DNA of 64,000 bases from Octopus vulgaris (taxonomy: Eukaryota): contig OX597830.1 in NCBI GenBank assembly GCA_951406725.2, positions 46,748,001 to 46,812,000 on the forward strand, written 5' to 3'. Shown piece by piece: positions 1-14,150 of the stretch (position 1 is the stretch's first letter; each line of letters starts with the position of its first letter). The position numbers and the translations under genes were made by a program. The notes beneath the pieces are model-generated. The model did no database searches. It saw only the letters and a program-made list of their open reading frames with translations, and was not told the origin of the DNA.

Positions 1-99
1 GTGTATGTATGTATTATTGTTGAAGGTGCACTTATTTGCAGACTCAATATGCAACATACCACGTCACTGCAATGACAGTCATCAACCATCTGAACAACA

Positions 100-611
100 A
101 TCACCACCACCACCACCACCACCACCACCGCCGCCGCTACCACCAAAACCACCACCACCACCACCATCTGCGGCAGCGCCGCCGCCATGAAGATTACGTC
201 TACGGTTTCTTAACTGGAACATCATTAATCTCACAGCCACTGCAATCATGTCGGTTTAACTCTGCCGTCGTCACCAACACCACCACCTCCACCTTCACTG
301 CCACCCGCCGCCGCCACCACTACCACCACCTTCACTACTACCACCACCACTCTACTATCACCACCGCCACCGCCTTCACCATGGCCACTGCCGTCACCGC
401 CACCACCGCCGCCACCGCCGCCACCGCCGCCAGCTCCACATTCACTATCACCACTGCCACCGCCGCCACCATCACTACCACAACTTTCACTACCACCATC
501 ACTACCACCACCACCACCACCACCACCACCACCACCACCACCACCACCACCACCACCACCACCACCACCACCAGCACCACCAGCACCACCAGCACCACCA
601 GCACCACCAGC

Positions 612-642
<31 letters not shown>

Positions 643-698
643 CCACCACCACCACCACCACCACCACCACCACCACCAGCACCAGCACCAGCACCAGC

Positions 699-729
<31 letters not shown>

Positions 730-740
730 CGACCACCAGC
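100..740. repeat. (CAC/CAG)n trinucleotide microsatellite complex
   Basis: Visible ACC/AGC runs; explains the poly-T/H/P/G/V/W ORFs here. Confidence 0.97.
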
Positions 741-1124
741 CAAATGTATCTGACATGAAATCCCCATTGCTGTGTTGTGTAATCGATAGACGAACATGCT
801 AACCAGTCGATAGGCAGATAACATGGTAGTATCACATGACGAACTTTGGTGTATCCAGCCTCGCTGAGCAGAAGAGAGTTCTGTTAAAAGGGGAGGGAGG
901 AGTGGTGAGAGGAGGAAATGTTGGTTGGTGATAGAGAGATGCACCACAAATTGCTTAATTGGAAGCGAATTAATCATTGTGTATATATATATATATATAT
1001 ATATATGCATGTACGTATAGCTACACATGTTTGCGTGTGCGTATGTATATGTGTGTGTGTATGCATATATATATATACATGCATATATGTGTTTGTGTGT
1101 GTATGTACAAACGTGCACACACAC

Positions 1125-1163
<39 letters not shown>

Positions 1164-1275
1164 CATACATATATATATATGTATGTATAGAAATTTATAT
1201 ATTTTTTGTGTGTAAATATTATACAAAATTATGAAATTATGTAATACCATTTCTGCAAAATTCTCCAAGATGTCG

Positions 1276-1338
1276 CATGAATATGTAAATGCGTAACATG
1301 AATATGGAATTACGTAACATGAATATGGAAATCTGTAA
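1276..1338. repeat. 21-bp tandem repeat, 3 diverged copies
   Basis: catgaatatgtaaatgcgtaa / catgaatatggaattacgtaa / catgaatatggaaatctgtaa. Confidence 0.85.
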
Positions 1339-2149
1339 GATTAAACGTTAACAAATATGAGCCGAAGGGAATTGATGTCGATGGGAATCGCCTGTTGAAG
1401 TTATGACGGTTTTTCTTCTCAGTAATATTCTGTTAATATGAATTTTTCACAATGTCACCAGGTCACACATTTGTAGGACAGAGGCTTAGACGTTTCAGTC
1501 AACCATACCATATAACTGTTACTTGTTTTATTGACGCTAGAGGGCAAAAGTGACATCGAAGTCAACCATCGCGGTATTCGAACTAACGGCGTTAAAGGAG
1601 GCGCACTGCCATAATCTTTGAAAGAGGGAATCTTCGATTATATTGGTATCAGTATTTCACTGGTGCCTGTTCTACCCGGTTTGAAAGCGGAAAATAGAAA
1701 TTCGACCACGATTGGATTTGAATTCAAAATGTAAGGAGATCCAAGATATTTTGTCCTGGAGACTTTCCACCGTTCGATATAACAAATATTATCAAATTAA
1801 ACGTTACTATGGATTTCATTATCCATTCACATGTAGGCAGATTTAAATAAAACAGTTGAGGTCATATTTAAGGTTCATGTATCTCTCTACAGTATTAACG
1901 AGATAATATAAAATGGATTCACTTCAAGTGAGAATCGAAACCTGGTCGCCGAATCATCGTGTTCGCTGAGAAGTCAGTTCTTGCTATACAGGTACTGCCC
2001 TTCTACACAACCCTGACAAAATGGTACTAGATACTGGTCTATATTGTGTACCTCAAGCAGGGAATGTATCTGGTTTTTAATCGGGGTGGGGATTGGGTTC
2101 AATAGGTACAATCACCTAAACCATAGAATCTGTAAACTCCTTTGAAAGA

Positions 2150-2422
2150 AACATTGCTTTCGTTTTGCGTTAACTTGAGTCTCAGTATAATCTGGATGTC
2201 CTCTGATGACCTTAAGAGAAGCTTCTTCCGTGCTTCTGTAAAATCAGTCTTATTTTAGCAACCGCCCAACTGGACCCTCATTGGAAACCTGGAAGTAAAA
2301 CTTGATGGCGCTTGTGTCACGTTACGGACCGTTTTTAATTAACAAGGGAAAAAAAAACATCCCCTCAAAGACAGTATGGCAATCTTTCTGCGGTCACTGA
2401 TGGGGGAGAAAGAGAAAGAGAA

Positions 2423-2455
<33 letters not shown>

Positions 2456-2780
2456 GGGAGAGAGGAACAGAGGAAAATATACAGAAAGAGGGAGAGGAAG
2501 AGAAGAAGAGAGAGAGAGAAAGAGAGAGAGAGAAAGATAGAGAGAGAGAGAGGTATACCTTTTTGAGAATTTTGCTGGAGAGTTAAACAGGAACTCAGCG
2601 ATATATTCTTATGGACATCTTAACGTCGTCATATACAGGTTGACCGTCACGCGAAAACCTTCATCGACCAACCGGGTGACGGGATTTGGCTCGGCTGATC
2701 TTCTGAATGCTGTGCACGATCGTGATGGGTGGCAATGAATGAGTTGACCAAATCTGAGCAAACACAACAACCAGATGTTA
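2150..2780 (+). mobile_element. Decayed RTE/RTE-X LINE, 3' part of ORF, interrupted by (GA)n at ~2400-2552
   Basis: Manual translation gives DDLKRSFFRASVKSVL..WTL..LEVKLDG, CWRVKQELSDIFLWT and LLNAVHDRDGW, matching the post-RT C-terminus of RTE-type ORFs; contains stops and frameshifts. Confidence 0.8.
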
Positions 2781-3092
2781 TAGCAATGGCTGTGTTAACA
2801 TGTCTTGGATGGTCTGGTCATGATGTGAATTGCAGATAGATATCTATGCATCAGGAATTCGATATGAGATAAACTGTTGCAGATCTGCAAATCTCTGGCC
2901 ATAATTAGAATTTTATTCCTCCTCTGTTTTTTTGCATGGTGTAGTTTGAGGAAGATGGGTGAGTGCCTATGAAGCTTCTGCCCGAGATCTAGGCTGACAT
3001 TTTTGGGAGAAAAGCTAAGAAGAAATCACGGTGCGGTTGCTACAGTAAGACGTAACGCAGTAAGATATAAAGAGACGTTTAAACCGGAGACC

Positions 3093-4000
3093 TGCTAAAA
3101 ATCATGTAAAGGCCGACTAGGTCTGTTAAACTGGGATTACAGATTAAATCTACCATTGAAGGAGCAGGAAGATTGTACTCGACGGGCTTCCACACAGTTT
3201 CCGTCTGCTCTCTTTCACCCACGAAGCCTGTGTTGACCCGGACATACCAGACACTTTCCTGCAGTTGGATTGAACCCAGAACCTTATGATTGCGAAGAGA
3301 GCATTTTAACCACATAGCCATGGTAAAGTTGAAAGACAGAGTGAGGATTTTAGTCTAAGGCTGAAATCTGGATTGGTGAGTTTGCCTTCTGTTAATTGAT
3401 CAGAATAATTTAAGCCCAACATTACAAGTTGAAGAGTGAGATGTGAAAATGCAAGCTGGCTATTAACACTTCGCTGGACTGAACTAACGATGAATTATGG
3501 TGTTACTAGAAAGCAGACGACAACGAAAGACTGGCTGTTGACATTTTGCTAAAAATCATGTAAAGGCCGACTAGGTCTGTTAAACTGGGATTACAGATTA
3601 AATCTACCATTGAAGGAGCAGGAAGATTGTACTCGACGGGCTTCCACACAGTTTCCGTCTGCTCTCTTTCACCCACGAAGCCTGTGTTGATCCAGACATA
3701 CCAGACACTTTCCTGCAGTTGGATTGAACCCAGAACCTTATGATTGCGAAGAGAGCATTTTAACCACATAGCCATGGTAAAGTTGAAAGACAGAGTGAGG
3801 ATTTTAGTCTAAGGCTGAAATCTGGATTGGTGAGTTTGCCTTCTGGTAATTGATCAGAATAATTTAAGCCCAACATTACAAGTTGAAGAGTGAGATGTGA
3901 AAATGCAAGCTGGCTATTAACACTTCTCTGGACTGAACTAACGATGAATTATGGTGTTACTAGAAAGCAGACGACAACGAAAGACTGGATGTTGACCTTT
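3093..4000. repeat. 454-bp tandem duplication (3093-3546 and 3547-~4000); each unit carries an old SINE-B 5' fragment on the minus strand
   Basis: Both units start tgctaaaaatcatgtaaaggcc; the duplicate ORFs (starts 3321 and 3775) are offset by 454; only about 5-6 substitutions seen. Confidence 0.95.
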
Positions 4001-4298
4001 CGGTTAAAAGTGTGACTGCTCTGTCAACCCGATTAGCTGCGATTCTATTATAATAATGGTAAATCTGTTCTTTAACCATACATTTATATGACGCTTCTCT
4101 TGTTCTTCTATATGTTTATTTTTTAATCTCTTTTGTTTAAAAGTATTTTTATCTAACCTTTTCAAAATTTTATATATATATATATCACCTCCACAATCAT
4201 CTCCCACTATTATCCGTACCATCATCACCGTTGCTATCATCGTCGTCGTAGTCACCACCAGCACCACCACCACCGTCACCCTCTCCTCCTCCTCCTCC

Positions 4299-4360
<62 letters not shown>

Positions 4361-4992
4361 CTCCTCCTCCTCCTCCTCCTCCTCGCCATCATCATAATCC
4401 TGTTCAGTAACAATACTTCCAATGTAGTCAATCACAAAGAACCAGACAGGACCCGCGGGGGTTTGTTTTGTGTTAATATATTATAATAAGAAGCATTGTC
4501 TTTTCCGCGAAAAAAGTAAAACAAAAATCAATGTTTTAGGTTATCTCTTGACATGGATGCGTAGGAATTGCGAAGACGATGTGCCAAAACCACATTTAGT
4601 TGCCAGGAACTAAATATAGAATTTTCACTTTCTTTTAGAATAAGAAGTCTAATTATAGAAGCTAGCATTGACATAAGCATGATGGCATCACTTAATAAAT
4701 TCAATATCGGCACTCGATTGCAAAATGTCGGTAAATTTCATAGAAATTAGAATTCATCTCACTCACCCTCACCCTGGTTTCGTGTCCTGGGGACAATGGA
4801 GGTTTTATAGTGAGCCACTCAGCAGTCCTGGCATCATAGGCAAGTGTCTGGAGAGGATTTTATTGCGACACGAATCTTGAAATCATCCGAGTTTTAATTT
4901 AGACTTTTCCTTTCTCTGTTTCATATCATACTACATTCCTATCAGCGAGCGGAAGACTTCACACGACCCGTTTCCGCGCACACGGCACGTTT

Positions 4993-5046
<54 letters not shown>

Positions 5047-5108
5047 CATGCGCATATACATATGCACACACATACACACCAATATTTATATACACTCACA
5101 CAAACACA

Positions 5109-5176
<68 letters not shown>

Positions 5177-5606
5177 TGTGTGTATATACATACTTGGGAA
5201 TGATTTTATAGATCTGTTTAGAGATAGCTGTCCCTGTTTAGAGAAGGTGTACCATATCGTTTAGTTCCTCAGAAAACTTTGAATCGCTCTGTATATACCA
5301 GTAGCATACGAGGATATAACATGAAGAGCCGTCTTGTTTGATATAACAAGTTATTTAGCCAGGTAGTAAATTTTATATGATATACTTATATAAAGCACAA
5401 GTGCAATTCAGAACACTTGAAACGTGAAAGACGAAGATTTCCAAATTGTTATTTACTTTACATACCTTTCAGGTATTCTGTATTACGGTGTGTTCTATTT
5501 AAACATGTACGACACATATCTTTGTTTACGGTAACCTAGGATACGTCACACTAAATTATAATGAGCCTTTTAATGCATATATACACATATATACACACTC
5601 ACACAT

Positions 5607-6405
5607 TAAAGACAATGGATTGACACTGCATCCACACGGGAGGAATAAATACCCTGCCACGAGAATCACAGCTGTAGATTATGCTGATGGTTTGATGCTA
5701 CTTTCTGATCTAATAAACCGAGCAGAAACCCTTCTGCATCGTCTTGGAGATTCAACCAAAAGTATCGGTCTCTATGTCAACTAAGACAAAACAGAAATGG
5801 AAGAATCAAAACGGGATCTCGGCTGCATAGAAGTTAGATGTATAGCTGTGGAAGTCATCTAATTACATACATTGATAAAACCTGGAGTTCCATCGACAAA
5901 TTATCTCTTGACTTGCAGACAACAGGAAAAGGGACCTCTTTTAAGTGATGTTTAGCTCTGTTCTATTGTATGGCAGCTCAGCCATTTGCCCTTACCTCAA
6001 AACTGGAAAGAAGATTGCATGGAGTCTATATTCGCATGCAAAGAGTTGGCTTTGAATGTTACCCGGAGTGATCGTGTGATCACTTTGAATGGTACCCCGC
6101 AGTGATCGTGTGATCAACGAGCGATTGTATGGGAACTTTCGTCCAGTATCAGACATCATTAAAGAGCGAAAGGGTCAGATTTGCAGGGCATCCGTGAAGA
6201 GCTGAAGACGAAATTGTTAGTGAAGTTCTTTTGTGGGAGCCTACACAAGGAAGGGAGAGAGAGGAAGACAAGCCAGGACCTGTGTCAAGCAGATTTGTAA
6301 CTGCATTAACTGCAACCCGTCTCACCTGCCGAATACGATGAACGATTGAAGTGGATGGCAACAGTGAGCCACGGGAATCCGTGCAAGCAGCGATACCGGA
6401 TGATA
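5607..6405 (+). mobile_element. Decayed RTE/RTE-X LINE: RT catalytic region through the 3' end
   Basis: KDNGLTLH..YPATRITAVDYADGLMLLSD..AETLLHRL..IGLYVN*DKTE (YADD mutated to YADG at 5680-5691), later RVRFAGH and EIVSEVLLWEP; internal ~33-bp duplication at 6050-6116. Confidence 0.9.
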
Positions 6406-6439
6406 ACATATACGCATACACATATCAATATGTATAACG

Positions 6440-6688
6440 GTAGTGTCTCGATCCGAGGAAGATGGCTCTACAGTTTCTTATCAAACAACCTGTACAAACG
6501 TTTTGTTTGTAGCGATCAAGTGTTTGTGTTGCACATAAGTTTACTTCCTCTATCAAATCTCCTGAACAGGTTGCACGATGGAACACACGTCAGGTGTCGA
6601 AATGATCGGAGAGCAACGTAAAATGAAGCGTTCGGTTCAAAAACACAACGCACTGCCCGGTCCGGGAATCGAACCCACGATTTCGCGT
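6440..6688 (-). mobile_element. Old tRNA-derived SINE (family C-like), head truncated by the adjacent RTE
   Basis: gcccggtccgggaatcgaacc (B box on minus strand) resembles the copy at 13748-13950. Confidence 0.6.
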
Positions 6689-6694
6689 GTATAC

Positions 6695-7461
6695 ATGATG
6701 ACGATGGCTGTTCCCTCGTTATCGAGCCATTGCACGAGGCTTAACTGTTATCGGTGCTGTGATCGAATGTGACAGCTCAGCTAAAAATCTACAATGTCTC
6801 GTACAGAATTGGCAGCTAAAACCTTTACCGGCAAAAGCCGGCTGTAGTTGTAACTGGGCTTCATGTACCTTTGCATGCCGTTTAAGTCATCCTGCCGAAT
6901 TACACTCCCTTCTACATACCTGACAGATATGATTAGTATGGTGTGTGTAGCACCACCACCACCAGTGGCCTGGTTGTCAATCATCTGTCTCGCTTTATGA
7001 CTATGAAGATGACTCTTGAGTCCAGCTTTACTGAGGCAGGGTCTTGCACGGACACTGCATGTCAGCATTATAGGAAGACCCTTACCATCTGGAAGTGCAA
7101 CAGCGATGCCCTTCCTGACATCTCTCCTTATTTTCTCATGCGCAACTCGAGATTTCTCAAAAGTAGCTGACCCCCTCATACACAATCCTTCTTCACCTGC
7201 TACGGTCAATAGCTATGCCCTCCCATGTGTCAGGAGAGATGCTAGCATCTCTTAAGGAAGCTTTCAGCAAGTCCTTACATCTCTTTTTTGGTTTATGTGC
7301 AGGTCGTTCTCCTTTAGCTAACTCTCCATAAAAGAGTTGTTTTGACATCCTTGAATCCTTCATCCTGACCAGATGACCACTCCATCTGAGCCTTTGCTTC
7401 AACGCAAGAGCTTCTATACTTTCACACAGAGAACTTTCCAATATCTCAATATCACTAATGC
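6695..7461 (-). mobile_element. 5'-truncated RTE-BovB-type LINE with C-terminal C2H2 zinc fingers
   Basis: QRLRWSGHLVRMKDSRMSKQLFYGEL..G.RP..KPKKRCKD (ORF 7193-7594), then three C2H2-like motifs; short cat-type tail at ~6695-6706. Confidence 0.9.
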
Positions 7462-7569
7462 GGTATACATACGTACATACATACATACATACATACATAC
7501 ATACATACATACATACATGCATACATACATACATACATACATACATACATACATACATACATACATACA

Positions 7570-7601
<32 letters not shown>

Positions 7602-7692
7602 AACGAGTCACCAAATGTCTAATTAGCCACTCTAGTATGTCGGTGTGTTTTGTTTGTTTCCTGAATGATTGTCTTACCGTTTCATGACTTTA

Positions 7693-8085
<393 letters not shown>

Positions 8086-8538
8086 TTTATATCTTTAGAA
8101 TAGTCTCTGCTCAAACTTATCTAAATTTTTCTTTTTCTATTTTTTTTTACTTTTCAATTCTTATATACAGGTTTTATTTATGATTACCATTACTATAAAG
8201 AAGGAAGTGTAAACCATTCCGTCTCATTCCAAACCATGATACCTCCTGCACGCAACCAGCTACGGGCAAATAAGAAACGTATAAAAATCGAACAAAGCCA
8301 GACTGAGTTTATTGAGCGAGGTACCGTTCGAAAGGTCACCCAATGAGATACGTTTGCATCTAAGGATGCATCACAACTAGTTATCCAGAATCTCAACTGC
8401 GATAGAACAATGCAAGATGGGTCGAAACGATCGTTGTGGTTAATAAAGAATCTCGCGAATTCTAGTTTCTTTTTCTCTCATTTGTTACACACATACATAT
8501 GAATATACAGATACACATTTATATATTCACACACACAC

Positions 8539-8581
<43 letters not shown>

Positions 8582-8710
8582 AAGTAAAGATTATTTACCA
8601 ACATAATGTGGCAGTCTCGGATGGATGAATGTTACTGTTGTTTTATCTGTGTGGTTGTTCGGTAAGAAATTGTCGAACCACATACATCCTCTAACGACAG
8701 GAGAATCCAT

Positions 8711-8768
<58 letters not shown>

Positions 8769-8778
8769 CTTATATAGT

Positions 8779-8825
<47 letters not shown>

Positions 8826-9589
8826 AGAAATATGTTACAAAAAGAAAATATAAATTACACGTGGAAATGTAAGGGTAAAATATGAAAAATCAACGAAAAT
8901 GCACATTGTAAATAAAAAAAGGCGTTTTATGACAGGTAACGACAAATATATACATTTAGATGGACTGAGGTAGTAATAAGAGTCATAAAAGTCATTATTA
9001 TGAGATGACTATAAGATGATTATAAAGTCAGAAAACGAAGCGTACCATGGCTTCCGTGCGCGTGTGTGTGCATGTAATACAAGTATTTATAGCAGCTATA
9101 AAGCAAAAAGTTTCAATGCTTGTGGCAATATAGTTTTATGTTGATTAATAACTGAATAGCATTTACATTACAACTGACAGTTTCGCCATCAAGTGGTTCG
9201 TTAGGTGATATGCGTGGGATATATTTCCACACATTACTGCGAGACTGATATAGGTGCAAAAATTTGAGCAGAGAATAACCACCGGCACCTCCAACCCTCA
9301 ACCTACGCTACCGACTCCCTCTCCACGACCGCAACAGCAGCAGCAACGATAAATACCAACAGACAATTATATTGCAGTAGCAGCAAATATGTGGTCGCAC
9401 TATCTGCTAGAAATAGAAGTAAAGTAAAATCTCTCTCAATTCATTCCTTGCAGTCTTTTAAAAGGAACAAAACATTGGATAATGTAGTTCTTGATATCAC
9501 AAATAATGGCAACACGACTAAGCATCCGCCACCACCATCAACACCACCGCCTTCGAAATTCCAGCGCCAACGCCATTATTACCAATACC

Positions 9590-9755
9590 ACCATTACCAA
9601 CATCATCATTAACATCATCATCACAAAGTCATCGCTATCAACACCACCACCACCACCACCACCACCACCACCACCACCACCACCACCATCACCATCACCA
9701 CCACCATCATCATCATCATCATCATCATCATTATCATCATCATCATCATCACCAC

Positions 9756-9790
<35 letters not shown>

Positions 9791-9883
9791 CCACCACCAT
9801 CATCATCTTCATCATCATCATCATCACCACCATCATCATCATCATCATCATCGTCGTCGTCGTCATCATCATCATCATCATCG

Positions 9884-9915
<32 letters not shown>

Positions 9916-9970
9916 GCCGTCGTCGTTGTCGTCATCATCATCATCATCACCTCCACCACCTCCACCCTCT
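9590..9970. repeat. (CAC)/(CAT)n microsatellite
   Basis: Directly visible. Confidence 0.95.
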
Positions 9971-10344
9971 CAGCATTACTGCTACAACCACCTACCATTA
10001 CAACCACCCTACCATTACCGAATCTATCAACATATTGGAATCGAGATGAAAGCAACGTATATGTGTTCTGGTAACATATCTTCACAACAGATAAATGTTT
10101 TTTTCCCCGTTTATATTAGACACGACACATTTGTGTGTGTGTGTGTGTGTGTGTATGTGCGTTGCGTATGTGTTTATGTGTGAGTACATATGTGTGTTGA
10201 TCTCTATGTATGTGTGTGTATGTGCATATACATATATAAGTATGTATACGTATCTGTTTCTTACCATGTAAGTATTTCTGATTCTGTTTGTGTGTGAACA
10301 TGTATGGCAACATGTAAGACATTTATTACATTGCGTGTAATCTT

Positions 10345-10389
<45 letters not shown>

Positions 10390-10585
10390 TTGTAAGTGGT
10401 ATTGTTCCTCTCTGCGCATCTATGCGTGTGTGGCTACGTATATGCGTGGACATGTGCGCACGTTAGGGTTCACTGTAAGTGTTTACGCATGATTTCTTAT
10501 ACGCTGTTGTAAGAATGGTTATGTGAGGTGGTATTTGTGCAAGAGAGTGGAACGGAGAGGGAGAAAGAAAGAGAGAAAACGAGAA

Positions 10586-10616
<31 letters not shown>

Positions 10617-10699
10617 TTTATTAATATAGTCATACACACAATATATATATATATGTATACTCTATGTTGTTATTTATCTCTCTCTCTCTTTCTCTCTCT

Positions 10700-11075
<376 letters not shown>

Positions 11076-11309
11076 GGCTAGCTATCTAGCTATCACACAC
11101 GCGCATATCTATGCACATACACACAAATATAGAGAGATAGATAAGAAGCGGAAAAAGAAAGAGAAAAGGGAGAGGAGATCGTGAGTAAATAATAAATATA
11201 CGAGTGTTTTTGATGACCTGGACACCTCAAGTAGACAACAGAAAAGAAAGGAGAGAGAGAGAGAAGAAAAAGAGGACAATGGAGACATATAACGACAGTA
11301 AGCGTGTGT

Positions 11310-11369
<60 letters not shown>

Positions 11370-11497
11370 GTGTGTGTGTGTGTGAGTGAATCATAGATAT
11401 TAAGTAAGAGAAAAGATGAAAGAATACGGTTTGTTCGGGAGTAAATAATAAATAATAAATGATTAAATGAAGCTAGGCAGACAGAATGGTGAATAGA

Positions 11498-11565
<68 letters not shown>

Positions 11566-11744
11566 GTCAGTGTATGTTCGCGTTGGAAGCCTGCGTTCAA
11601 GATAGAATCGTTTTGACAAGTTAAGTCAGGTAGAAATTCTCCAGAAGCCGTTTGTGATCAATTTAAAGAACATACAGCGGAGGCCAAAGCATACAAAATA
11701 TCTTCTCAACGACGAGAATATACTTATGTATCATTCACTTTACT

Positions 11745-11756
11745 CTTCTTTCCTCC

Positions 11757-11795
<39 letters not shown>

Positions 11796-11843
11796 TCCTC
11801 CTTTCTTTCTTTCTTTCTTTCTTTCTTCCTTTCTTCCTTCCCT

Positions 11844-11885
<42 letters not shown>

Positions 11886-11900
11886 TTTCTTTCTTTCCTC

Positions 11901-11933
<33 letters not shown>

Positions 11934-11956
11934 TTTCTTTCTTCCTTTCTTTCTTC

Positions 11957-11997
<41 letters not shown>

Positions 11998-12021
11998 TTC
12001 CCTTCTTTCTTTCTTTCCTTC

Positions 12022-12055
<34 letters not shown>

Positions 12056-12086
12056 CCCTTCTTTCTTTCTTTCTTTCTTCCTTCCT

Positions 12087-12130
<44 letters not shown>

Positions 12131-12230
12131 TCCTCTTTCTTTCTTTCTTTCTTTCTTCCTTTCTTTCTTCCTTTCTTTCTTCCTTTCTTTCTTTTTTCTT
12201 TCTTTCTTTCTTCCTTCCTTCCTTCCTTTA

Positions 12231-12288
<58 letters not shown>

Positions 12289-12458
12289 TCCTTCTTTCCT
12301 TCTTTCCTTCTTTGTTTCTTCCTTTCTTTCTTTCTCTCTCTTTGTTTCTTTCTTTCTCTTTCTTTCTTTGTTTCTTTCTTTCTCTTTCTTTCTTCCTTCC
12401 TTCCTTCCTTCCTTCTTCCTTCCTTTCTTTCTTTCTTCCTTCCTTCCTTCCTTCCTTC

Positions 12459-12490
<32 letters not shown>

Positions 12491-12630
12491 TTTCTTTCTT
12501 TCGTTCTTCCTTCCTTCCTTCCTTCCTTCCTTCCTTCCTTTCTTTCTTTCTTTCTTTCTTTCTTCCTTCCTTCCTTCCTTCCTTCCTTTCTTTCTTCCTT
12601 TCTTCCTTTCTTCCTTCCTTTCTTTCTTTC
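11745..12630. repeat. ~890-bp (CTTT/CCTT)n polypyrimidine tract
   Basis: Directly visible; source of the F/L/S-rich and K/E/R-rich pseudo-ORFs. Confidence 0.97.
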
Positions 12631-13371
12631 TCCCCCCCTCACACACATCTACCTTCTATTCGTAAGTTTATCTATCGAGCCTCCATATACTTACGGGTGC
12701 ATTCTCCCCCCCCATCTCTCTGTTTGTCCGTCACTCATTCTTTCAGTCACCCTCTCCCTCTCCCTCTCCCTTACCCAGGTATCGACTTTTCTACCTCTTT
12801 ACATAAAAAGTGTGACCACCTTTTGAGCGGAGTTAAGTCCCTTATCCAGCGCCCCCCGCCCCCCAATGACGTTTCACTGTCCACATGTTCGTCGACGTTT
12901 CACTCCGTAGACATCTCTGATCGATTCGGGCGAGACTTTGAACATCTCTGTCATCTTCTCCAGGGAGATGATAGAAACGTTAAGAACACTCTGATTGACA
13001 AATACTGTTTACAAAGAGGAACTAGATTATTTGAAGTTTGGTTCTTCGGCCTTCAGCTGTGTAGGAATTAATGTTTATGCACGAGAGTAGCTGGATCCAT
13101 CCATCCATCCATCCATCCATCCATCTATACGCACGTGCTTGCGTGTGTATGTATATATATATATATATAATTAATTAATAAGGGTGAGAGAATTAGATAC
13201 TAATTTAATAGTATATTTATTCAACACCAAGTGGCCTAGTGCTCCGAGAAACCTGGATTATTATAATATTTTATAACATATTATAATATTTTTACAAAAT
13301 AAATATAAGAGAGTGAGCAATATAGTGACCACTCTCTTATATTTATTATATATATATATATATATATATAT

Positions 13372-13602
13372 ATTTTTTTTACTACCCACAAGGGGCTAAA
13401 CACAGAGGGGACAAACAAGGACAGACAAAGCGATTAAATCGATTCCATCGGCCCCAGTGCGTAACTGGTACTTAATTTATCGACCCCGAAAGGATGAAAG
13501 GCAAAGTCAACCTCGGCGGAATTTGAATCCAGAACGTAACGGCAGACGAAATACGGCTACGCATTTCGCCCGGCGTGCTACCGTTTCCGCCAGCTCGCCG
13601 CC
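13372..13602 (-). mobile_element. tRNA-derived SINE family A, full length
   Basis: Head GGCGGCGAGCTGGC..GATTCAAATTCCGCC (Pol III A/B-box-like) and body gcctttcatcctttcggggtcgataaa, shared with many copies in the window; resembles octopus tRNA-SINEs. Confidence 0.9.
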
Positions 13603-13605
13603 TTC

Positions 13606-13946
<341 letters not shown>

Positions 13947-13950
<4 letters not shown>

Positions 13951-14100
13951 TACTAAGCACCGCACTCATCCTACGTAAAACGCTTTCAATACAGTAACTG
14001 TAAGAGGATCACAATAAACTACAGCACATACCCAAGGCACACAGAGCTGCGCTCGGTAGTGAAGTGAAAGCATGTGATAATAATAAAACTACTGAATAAT
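13947..14100 (+). mobile_element. Dong/R4-clade LINE extreme 3' end
   Basis: ALLSTALILRKTLSIQ* matches the LLGTARILRKVL terminus seen at 52.8 kb; short 3' UTR ends in (AAT)n. Confidence 0.75.
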
Positions 14101-14150
14101 AACAACAGCAACAATAACAACAATAATAATGAATAATAACAATAATAATA

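Noticed and set aside
36-1268. Long ORFs of 240-340 aa (poly-Thr/Gly/Val/Trp)
   Set aside because: Translation of stop-free trinucleotide microsatellite, open in several frames on both strands.
8395-8450. Possible hammerhead (gaaacgatcgt palindrome); similar gaaacagctg on the minus strand near 43010
   Set aside because: The CUGANGA core and helices cannot be recovered; at most decayed Penelope-like remnants.
11654-12826. 390-aa hydrophobic ORF and antisense K/E/R-rich ORFs
   Set aside because: Artefact of (CTTT)n; the same applies to 59020-59772.
12830-13075. Unique GC-richer segment as a possible exon
   Set aside because: No recognisable protein motif or consistent splice pair.
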